From Euryarchaeota archaeon UBA439 (lineage in GTDB: Archaea > Thermoplasmatota > Poseidoniia > Poseidoniales > Thalassarchaeaceae), in the NCBI GenBank assembly GCA_002497245.1, contig DANB01000019.1, forward strand, positions 1 through 62,735: 62,735 nucleotides of DNA, written 5' to 3'. The notes under the pieces are model-generated. The model did no database searches and was not told the DNA's origin. It worked only from the letters and a program-made list of their open reading frames with translations. Below are positions 38,630-46,426 of this stretch, piece after piece; the first letter of the stretch is position 1; every line of letters starts with the position of its first letter. The translations under genes and the position numbers were made by a program.

Positions 38630-40414
38630 ATGGAAGAGAGGCCATTAGCCCGGAGCGTAGTCGCTAGACAACGTTTTGGACGTTTATTTAGTCTAGGTGA
38701 CCGTAATTCTCCTAGTTCTTGGACTCCTGCAATTATTTTAGGCGAGGATGATGAAGAATTACCATATTCGATCGCTCCATTCGAGTATTCTAGAGACTCC
38801 AGCAATTTACCTGCTAAAATTTCTATTAAGACTAGAACAAATCTTACTTTACCTTTCGATCAGTTAGATATTTGGCTAGCTAGTGAAGGATTAGTTCTCC
38901 CTCCTAGTTTGGTAGAATCTAATTCTGGAGAGTTTGGTATTGGAAAAGAAGTATTACCTGTTTCTTGGCAATCCTTACATCATGATTTAAGATTGAATGA
39001 TGATGATTTACTTCCATCAATAATTATTCTAACCGATGCTCCTCAATTAGCTAATCAAAAAGGATTGCTATCTGAGGCATTGTATATCATTAGGACAAGG
39101 TTCCCCTCATCATTAATTTGGACTCCTGGTATTGGAGGTCCAGATAATTGTGCAATTCTAACTTGGATGGGGGTTGATATCTTTGATTTAGCGAGGTCTA
39201 AACATGCTAGTTCTCTCGGAGTTATTTTATCAGAAAATGGGCCTAGAGAAGTTGAGGAATCAATAGATGAAGATTCCTCAATGAAACATCAAATACAATG
39301 TTGGAAGAACTCATTAGCAGCTACTAGAGTTGCTATTAGAGAGGGCAATTTACGTGAATTGGTAGAGAAGCAATCTCTCTCTAGCCCTAGATCAGTAGAA
39401 AGATTGAGAATTCATGATGCTAAAATGTCTTCTTTAGATGGCGGTAAATCTGGGTTAGCAAGGATAAAAGGACAATTCCATGAACTTAGATGCCATAGTT
39501 TTTCAAGCAGAAATGACCCATTAATTCAAGACTGGCGTAGACGAGTTTCTAGTAATCATGAACCTCCTTCTCATCAATCTAAGGTGATGGTTCTATTGCC
39601 CTGTTCAGCAACCAAACCTTACCGACTTTCCGCATCTCACAAGAGATTCAGCAGATCAATTACATCTAATACAATTCACGAAGTCATAGTCACTGCACCG
39701 CTTGGTTTAGTCCCAAGAGAACTTGAAGATATCTGGCCGGCTGCTAACTACGATATTCCAGTAACTGGTGATTGGGACATTGATGAACTCAAAACAATCC
39801 GTGAGATGACATTTGAATATATTTCTAGAAATAACTTTTCAAGAGTTTTAAATCATAGTGGAATAGATTTAGAATATGACTCTGTAGAAATTATTGATAC
39901 TAGAAGAGGAATGACTGCGGGATCATCCGAAGCACTTGAGTATCTCCAACAAATGGTTGAAAAATCTGTAAAAGATTTCGATTTAGAAGATCCCAAGGAA
40001 AGTAAACATAGATTAGGTAAACTCAGATCATTATCAAAATTTCAGCATGGTACTGATGATTGGTTAGATGGTACAGGGATACAGGGTAGGCCTCCAATTT
40101 TTACAATTCGTAAAGAGGGCAAGCAACTAGCATTATGGAATCCTCGTCTAGGTCGTTTTTCTTTCACCAAAGCCTGTCTCCCACTTTTAGCCGATAGCAA
40201 AAAGTTTCCAATTGCTCATATCACACCCGGAATCGATTGGAGGGGAGATTTATTTGCCTCAAATGTAATCGACTTCCAAGGAAGTATTAGGATAGGGGAT
40301 GAGGTTTTAGTTTACCAAAATAACGAATTAATAGGATCTGCTCGAGCAGAAGCTGCTGGTTGGGAATGGCCAAATGGGCCTAGTAGGTTGGCTCGCGCTC
40401 AACATAGATTATAA
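38630..40414 (+). CDS. arcS: Archaeosine synthase alpha subunit (ArcS/TgtA2)
   Basis: Degenerate TGT barrel (MGVDIFD, AIREGNLRELVE), LLPCSATKPY..S.SH, TAPLGLVPRELE..WPAANYDIPVTGDW, C-terminal PUA domain. Confidence 0.88.
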   Translation: MEERPLARSVVARQRFGRLFSLGDRNSPSSWTPAIILGEDDEELPYSIAPFEYSRDSSNLPAKISIKTRTNLTLPFDQLDIWLASEGLVLPPSLVESNSGEFGIGKEVLPVSWQSLHHDLRLNDDDLLPSIIILTDAPQLANQKGLLSEALYIIRTRFPSSLIWTPGIGGPDNCAILTWMGVDIFDLARSKHASSLGVILSENGPREVEESIDEDSSMKHQIQCWKNSLAATRVAIREGNLRELVEKQSLSSPRSVERLRIHDAKMSSLDGGKSGLARIKGQFHELRCHSFSSRNDPLIQDWRRRVSSNHEPPSHQSKVMVLLPCSATKPYRLSASHKRFSRSITSNTIHEVIVTAPLGLVPRELEDIWPAANYDIPVTGDWDIDELKTIREMTFEYISRNNFSRVLNHSGIDLEYDSVEIIDTRRGMTAGSSEALEYLQQMVEKSVKDFDLEDPKESKHRLGKLRSLSKFQHGTDDWLDGTGIQGRPPIFTIRKEGKQLALWNPRLGRFSFTKACLPLLADSKKFPIAHITPGIDWRGDLFASNVIDFQGSIRIGDEVLVYQNNELIGSARAEAAGWEWPNGPSRLARAQHRL

Positions 40415-40488
40415 TCAAAATCGGTTGTTTGAGTTTGCGTAGCGATTAAAGAGGGGCAGCAAGTCGGCCGGCTACCTGAGGTCTTCAC

Positions 40489-40944
40489 ATGGCACGCATG
40501 CACAGCAAAGGAAAAGGAACTAGCGGGTCCTCTAAGCCCAACAATGATACAGCACCTTCATGGTCTGAATCAGATAAAGGAAAGGTTGAGGAATTAATCA
40601 TAAAATACGCGAATGAAGGTCATTCGTCTGCAAAAATCGGAACTTTGCTAAGAGATATGCATGCGATTCCAGATGTAAGATTAGTAATGGGAGAAAGAAT
40701 ATCCAAGACATTATCTCGTAATAATCTAGAATCAACATATCCTGAAGATATGATGAATTTAATGCGTAAAGCACTTAGTTTAATTGATCATCTTTCAAGT
40801 AATAAGAAAGATTTACACAATCGTCGTCAATTAGAACTTTGTGAATCACGATTACGCCGTTTGGCTAGGTACTATGTAGGCACTGGACGAATATCATCAA
40901 CATGGACATACAAACGCGACCAATTGCGATTAATGGTTGAATGA
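40489..40944 (+). CDS. rps15: 30S ribosomal protein uS15 (archaeal S15/S13e)
   Basis: MARMHSKGKGTSGS, IGTLLRD, PED, HL..NKKDLHNRRQL...ESRLRRLARYY. Confidence 0.97.
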   Translation: MARMHSKGKGTSGSSKPNNDTAPSWSESDKGKVEELIIKYANEGHSSAKIGTLLRDMHAIPDVRLVMGERISKTLSRNNLESTYPEDMMNLMRKALSLIDHLSSNKKDLHNRRQLELCESRLRRLARYYVGTGRISSTWTYKRDQLRLMVE

Positions 40945-40986
40945 TTTCTGCGTATAAGATTTGTAGTACCCCCTCCTCGGCGAATT

Positions 40987-41841
40987 ATGAGGCTACTAGT
41001 CAACGAGACTCAGTTTTCTTCTGTTTCTGAAATTTTGTTATCCGCCTCTAAAGAAATTGAAAGACTAAATGAGCCATTGTTATTACTTTGCTTACCCACA
41101 CTTTCTTCTTCTTTTTCAATGGCAGCCATAGAGTCTTCTTTAGTAGATAATGGTATAACTTATCGAAGAAAATTTTCTATTGAAAATTCTGATAATTCGC
41201 CTTGGATAAAGATAATTGATGATAATTCAGAGTTTACCTCGCTTGAAACCAATCCTTTCAGATTAACAATCTCTACAGTGATTGTTGATGGATTAATAAG
41301 TCATAAGGGAGAGCCTAGAAAAGGTCCTCTAACTTCAGTATCTCAAGCTCATGCTCTTTCTCAATTGATTTCACCAAATGGTCTGAGGACACGTAGATTA
41401 CGTCCATGGTTAATTTCTGGAAATTGGATTAATTCTGCTATGGATAATACTTATGACCCTATTTATTCTGCATTAAGGGATTTTCTTTTAGATGATGGAT
41501 TAATCAAAGTAGTACCTTTACCTGAAGTTCCAGAACCTAATATCTCTGAATATGAATGGATTGATGAAAATACATTAAATGCTATTTCTTCCAGATGGGT
41601 CAGTCTTGATTTGGAAGGGAAGGCACGTGTATTATCCAACTTAGTTAGAGGTTCTTTGATTAGATCAAAACCTTCAACATCTAGATTAGAAGAAATAGTC
41701 TGGCATTGTGTTCTGGCACCAGGTTGGTCCACTGATTTAGCAGGACAAATTTCCTCTGCTAGATTATATTGGGACGACAATAATTCGAATATTGCTTCTA
41801 GTAAGGTGATTGATAAATTAATTAGAGATGGAATGATATAA
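40987..41841 (+). CDS. Hypothetical protein, probably a degenerate RecJ/DHH-family homologue
   Basis: Occupies the position after rps15 that RecJ-like genes hold in many Euryarchaeota. The N-terminal pattern resembles DHH motif I but lacks the acidic and His ligands. Confidence 0.5.
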   Translation: MRLLVNETQFSSVSEILLSASKEIERLNEPLLLLCLPTLSSSFSMAAIESSLVDNGITYRRKFSIENSDNSPWIKIIDDNSEFTSLETNPFRLTISTVIVDGLISHKGEPRKGPLTSVSQAHALSQLISPNGLRTRRLRPWLISGNWINSAMDNTYDPIYSALRDFLLDDGLIKVVPLPEVPEPNISEYEWIDENTLNAISSRWVSLDLEGKARVLSNLVRGSLIRSKPSTSRLEEIVWHCVLAPGWSTDLAGQISSARLYWDDNNSNIASSKVIDKLIRDGMI

Positions 41842-43857
41842 TTATTCTTCAATTCGGAGCATTACTTCACATTCTGAACATTGTATTCTTAGTGGCCTAA
41901 CATCTGATTCGACGGGATTACTTGTTCCGCAAGCAGGACATTCAATCCTAGGGGATTTATTCTTCCTCCCTCTCTCCTTGTTTGATCTAGGAGATACAAG
42001 TGAAATTGGAAATACCAATAATATACTGGAGGCTACAATTGCAAGAACTATTTGCATTGGCATACCTAATACATAAATTACCAAAGACAATCCTCCTAAG
42101 GATGTAACAGAAATTAAAGCAGGTGCACTACTTCTATTTCTAGTCAAGAATAATCCCATTCCTATTGCTATACATAACGCGAAAACACATAGCATTGCAG
42201 AAATTAAAGGACTAAAAGCCATATTTCCCGAAGGAAGAAATTCGATTCTAAAATTTTCACCCTTATCCAAACTCTCTTGATTAATATTTATTGATTCTAA
42301 GAATATCCATCTTCGATGCTCGAAATCAATATTCTCCGCAGATACAGGTCCCAATCCTGCCAGCATGGATGTTTTAATCTCTAAATCGACATTAACCTCA
42401 TCCCAGTAATTATTTGAAGGATTACGAATAAAATTCTCAATTAATAGTTGTCTTTCATTCTCAATCACAGAATATGAAGTTTCAATTTTAATAGTTATTT
42501 CTTCAGCAGCAAAAGATCTCGTCCCCCCCATGTCTATTTGATACTCGGTAGGTCCTAAATCAACAGGATTTATTCCTATAATTGATTCAATATCTAAGGA
42601 TAATCCATTTTGCATAAATGATCGCATGTCAGAAGAAGAGCCAGTAATATGGGACGTCAGTGCTAGTAATTCATCATCATCTACTTTTCCATTATTTCTA
42701 TGAGATGTTGCAACTGAATCGGAATAAGAGTTCAAGTTCTTCCACCAACTATTCGAATCTAAACTAGAATTGCCAATATTATCCATCCCCCACCTCATCC
42801 ATTGAGACATAGCACTGTCAAAAGAAATCTCAATATTTTTTTCTATCGAGTCACCTTCAAATTTAATATCGATTTCAACACTTATTTCTGAACCACTGTC
42901 TCTTAGAGGTTCAGATGAGGGGTAATAACTACCTCCACCTCCATTTTCATCGTCGACATCTATATCGTGGTTCTTCGATGCAGAAATTTCTAAACCAGAT
43001 TGAGGTGATAGAATAAACTCAGTAGAATAAGTTCCACTATCAGTCCCTTCAGGTATCTCCCAGACAAAAGTCACTTCAACTCCTGATTCTAGAGGTGTTG
43101 CAATTGGGCTAAGAGTTAGTGGCGATCCTTGTAGATTGAAACTACCACTAGATAGAGACCACATTTCACCTCCAAATCCTGAATTCAGAACGATTGGGAA
43201 ATATACAAGTCCTGAAGTTACACTCGCCTCTTTTATTTTGATATCTACCAACGGCATCTTCCCTGTCACCTTCCCTACCGAATCTTCAGAACCCCATTTG
43301 AAAGTCAATCCTGCTTCTTGAGTAGGATTCGAGAAAAGTAGACTATTTACAGAAAGTGAGACTTCTAATTTATCTCCGTCATTTACTGAACCTGAAGAAA
43401 CTTGTACAGTAATTTCTAGATTTCCTTCAGCGTTTAGAAAAGGCTCTACGCCGTTAAGTCCAGAGTCGCCCGAATAAAATGAGCCACCTATCCTAATATC
43501 TAATGTGGCATTAATTGTAACTCCAGCTGCTCCTTCAACCAAGTAAGGTATTGTGAAAGTCCAAGTTTCCGCTGGATAATCTCCCTCTGTGCCCCAAATT
43601 GTTTCCCATGCTCCAACTTCTACTTCTCCTTGTTGCCAAGCTGTGACGGTTGATTCTTGTTCATCTGAAAGTTCATTTTCAAATGGAGAAAGTTTTCCGT
43701 TAGAAGATTCATCCAATAAAAACAGGTCAAAACCCGTGTCACTACAGCAAGATGTATTTCCATTACCAGTGTCTTGAGCGTATGTAGGTATGGCGAAAAA
43801 AGAAACCATCAATAGGCCTACTATGGCCAAGGACCTAACGGCCAAGTGCCCGTTCAT
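41842..43857 (-). CDS. Secreted/membrane protein with 3 C-terminal TM helices and a cytoplasmic zinc ribbon
   Basis: Signal peptide, acidic ectodomain, three hydrophobic helices, CPACG...CSEC. Confidence 0.7.
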   Translation of the reverse strand: MNGHLAVRSLAIVGLLMVSFFAIPTYAQDTGNGNTSCCSDTGFDLFLLDESSNGKLSPFENELSDEQESTVTAWQQGEVEVGAWETIWGTEGDYPAETWTFTIPYLVEGAAGVTINATLDIRIGGSFYSGDSGLNGVEPFLNAEGNLEITVQVSSGSVNDGDKLEVSLSVNSLLFSNPTQEAGLTFKWGSEDSVGKVTGKMPLVDIKIKEASVTSGLVYFPIVLNSGFGGEMWSLSSGSFNLQGSPLTLSPIATPLESGVEVTFVWEIPEGTDSGTYSTEFILSPQSGLEISASKNHDIDVDDENGGGGSYYPSSEPLRDSGSEISVEIDIKFEGDSIEKNIEISFDSAMSQWMRWGMDNIGNSSLDSNSWWKNLNSYSDSVATSHRNNGKVDDDELLALTSHITGSSSDMRSFMQNGLSLDIESIIGINPVDLGPTEYQIDMGGTRSFAAEEITIKIETSYSVIENERQLLIENFIRNPSNNYWDEVNVDLEIKTSMLAGLGPVSAENIDFEHRRWIFLESININQESLDKGENFRIEFLPSGNMAFSPLISAMLCVFALCIAIGMGLFLTRNRSSAPALISVTSLGGLSLVIYVLGMPMQIVLAIVASSILLVFPISLVSPRSNKERGRKNKSPRIECPACGTSNPVESDVRPLRIQCSECEVMLRIEE

Positions 43858-43937
43858 GAACTACCGTGGTTAACTTATTAGACTTCAATGCGACGCTTAA
43901 TAGATGCAAATTACATCACTTTGACCTTATTAATTAC

Positions 43938-45659
43938 TTATCCGTGCAACCAAAGTAGTTTGATTACATCATCATCATTCGATTCAATTTTGGCATAACC
44001 CACTCTTTCTAATTGCACAACATTATTTTTAATTATTTGAATATCTTCCATCATACCTTCTTGTATAACTATTTCATTATCTTTTGGAATAGTAAGAATT
44101 GCCTTTTTTGCTATTGACTTTGGAAGCCAATGTACAATTTGTCTTTTATCCGTTCGTTCAATTGATTGAATGATGCCATTAGAATCTTGTATTTCAATAT
44201 CTGCAAAATCCTTCAAACGAATTTCACTATGTTCTAAATCTCTAGCTTCTATGTATATTTCTAAATCTTCCAAATCCCATTCTCTATGTCCTTTAATTTC
44301 GTTCAATGGATGTTTATTAAGAGTTAATTTTCTTTCAATTTGAGTATTATTGTCGTCTAACCTAATTCTCTGCGGGTTTCTGACAAAAACTCTTCTTTCA
44401 CAACTTGAATCAATCTTACTTGAATTGAAAGACTCTATTGTTTGTAGAGATACTGAAATATCCTTTTGCGTCAAACCAAGATCTATCCAGAAATCTCTCA
44501 TGGCATCGGAATCAAAACCTCTTCTGCGAAGAGCTCTAAGTGTGGGCAATCTTGGGTCATCCCAACCTGAGTATTTTTCATTTTCTATTTCTTGTCTCAT
44601 ACCCGATGTAGAAAAACTTCCAAATTCATGAATTTTAACTCTACCCCAATATAATGTTTCAGGATATTTCCAACCAAAATGCTCGTAAAGTAAAGTTTGT
44701 TTTCTAGTAGAATCCATTAAATCTTTACCTCTTATTATGTGGGTGACTCCTTGCTCGTAGTCTTCTATTGCACTTTGAAAATCTAACAACGGCCAAACTT
44801 TGTATTTGTCACCCACCATTGGATGAGTTGTATGTTGTATTCTTAACGCTGGCCAATCTCTAAGGGCAGGATTAGGAAGATTCATTTCTGTTTTCACTCT
44901 TACAACTGCCATTCCTTCACCAATTAGCCCATTATTCATTTCATCCCAATCTGAAAGATTTTCTTTAGGATCTTTTATTCTACAGGGGCATTCTTTGGAA
45001 CTATCTCTTAATTTCTTGAAGTTCTCTGCAGAGCATTTACAGACGTAACCAAAATCGTCACTCAACATTTTTTTAGCATATTTCATGTAGATATCCATTC
45101 TCTCAGATGCTCTTACTATTATGTCTGGCTCTTTTCCAGTTAACCATTTGTAATCTTCTTCAATCCAGGCATATGCTTCTTTTAGTGGCGGTTTAACTTT
45201 AGAATCTGTATCGTCAAACCTTAGTACGACTTTCCCTTCATAATTCTTAGCATATTCTGAATTAATTGTCACGCCCCTAGCATGACCTAATGTCAGAGGC
45301 CCGTTAGGATTTGGAGCAAATCTCAAAATCACGTTCCCCTGAACCGCATTTGGCAGATCTTTCAAACCTGTCCTTTTCACTTGTTTTTGCCTATTTAATG
45401 CCTCAGGATTAATGGTTTCTAATAGTTGACGAACTACTATAATTCCTTCATTCTGAGCCATATCATTTGCATTTTTGACTTCAATATCTACTAATTGTTT
45501 AAGTTCTCTAGCTTTACTTCTTAGATCAGGTCTTTCTCCAAGTATTCTCCCTAATACTGAACCTGATTGTCCAGCGCCATCATATTCAACAGCATTTTGC
45601 AAAGCATATTTTCTGACAATATTTGTGATTTCAAAATCCCAATCTGCCGCATCAGCCAT
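43938..45659 (-). CDS. gltX: Glutamate--tRNA ligase (archaeal type)
   Basis: RFAPNPNGPLTLGHAR, LRFDDTD, RDWPALRI, THIIRGKD, GWDDPRLPT, QLERVGY. ATG 45659 is preceded by a GGTGAGG RBS. Confidence 0.96.
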   Translation of the reverse strand: MADAADWDFEITNIVRKYALQNAVEYDGAGQSGSVLGRILGERPDLRSKARELKQLVDIEVKNANDMAQNEGIIVVRQLLETINPEALNRQKQVKRTGLKDLPNAVQGNVILRFAPNPNGPLTLGHARGVTINSEYAKNYEGKVVLRFDDTDSKVKPPLKEAYAWIEEDYKWLTGKEPDIIVRASERMDIYMKYAKKMLSDDFGYVCKCSAENFKKLRDSSKECPCRIKDPKENLSDWDEMNNGLIGEGMAVVRVKTEMNLPNPALRDWPALRIQHTTHPMVGDKYKVWPLLDFQSAIEDYEQGVTHIIRGKDLMDSTRKQTLLYEHFGWKYPETLYWGRVKIHEFGSFSTSGMRQEIENEKYSGWDDPRLPTLRALRRRGFDSDAMRDFWIDLGLTQKDISVSLQTIESFNSSKIDSSCERRVFVRNPQRIRLDDNNTQIERKLTLNKHPLNEIKGHREWDLEDLEIYIEARDLEHSEIRLKDFADIEIQDSNGIIQSIERTDKRQIVHWLPKSIAKKAILTIPKDNEIVIQEGMMEDIQIIKNNVVQLERVGYAKIESNDDDVIKLLWLHG

Positions 45660-45697
45660 AATATCGTCCTCACCACTAGACTTCTCCATTTCACTAT

Positions 45698-46426
45698 TTA
45701 CCAATCACTAATTGAGGATTGTCTACTATTTCGCTCTTCCCCGCCTCTTTTTGGAATAGTTTCCTCATTCTCCTTTTCCCAAATATTCTCTATTGTTGCC
45801 CAGGACCATCTCAAATATTTATTTGGTAAATCTCCCTTTATCAATTCCCGAATTGCGACTTTAGTTTTTGGGTCAGATGGATAACCACTTCCTATATCCA
45901 GATTAAGTAATTGGGCTATCTTCTCTATCTCATTATCTCTATGAACTTTAGCAAGAATACTTGCAGCACCAACCAATACATTTTCTAGATCCATTTTATG
46001 TTTCGATTCAATAGTCCATTGTCCCCAACCGTGACCTAATGATTCTCTTACCCGATTACCAAATCGTTGCTCATTTATGTCACATGCATCCAAGTATATT
46101 TTCCCATATTTTTCCTCAATTTTTGTATTATTAATTGCTTCTTTGAATAATTCTACTTCCAAATCATTCAGATTAGTTCGGTCTCTTTCCTTATCTATTC
46201 TATAAGCACTGCAAGTAATCATTCCCACTTTCCAATTTCTTTTTTCTACCTCTGAATAAATTTTCTTAGCCAATTCAATTCTTTTTTTTCTAGTTAAAGA
46301 TTTAGAATCTTTAGCTCCAATATTTGTTAAAATTTCTATGTCCACGGTTGGAACGGCTAATGCACAAACAACAAGAGGTCCTATAGCAGGACCCCTTCCT
46401 GCTTCATCAACTCCTAATTCGTACAT
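45698..46426 (-). CDS. rnhB: Ribonuclease HII with a C-terminal PIP-box
   Basis: GVDEAGRGP, KDSK, AASILAKV, GSGYPSDP, R.SW; ends QSSISDW. Confidence 0.95.
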   Translation of the reverse strand: MYELGVDEAGRGPAIGPLVVCALAVPTVDIEILTNIGAKDSKSLTRKKRIELAKKIYSEVEKRNWKVGMITCSAYRIDKERDRTNLNDLEVELFKEAINNTKIEEKYGKIYLDACDINEQRFGNRVRESLGHGWGQWTIESKHKMDLENVLVGAASILAKVHRDNEIEKIAQLLNLDIGSGYPSDPKTKVAIRELIKGDLPNKYLRWSWATIENIWEKENEETIPKRGGEERNSRQSSISDW

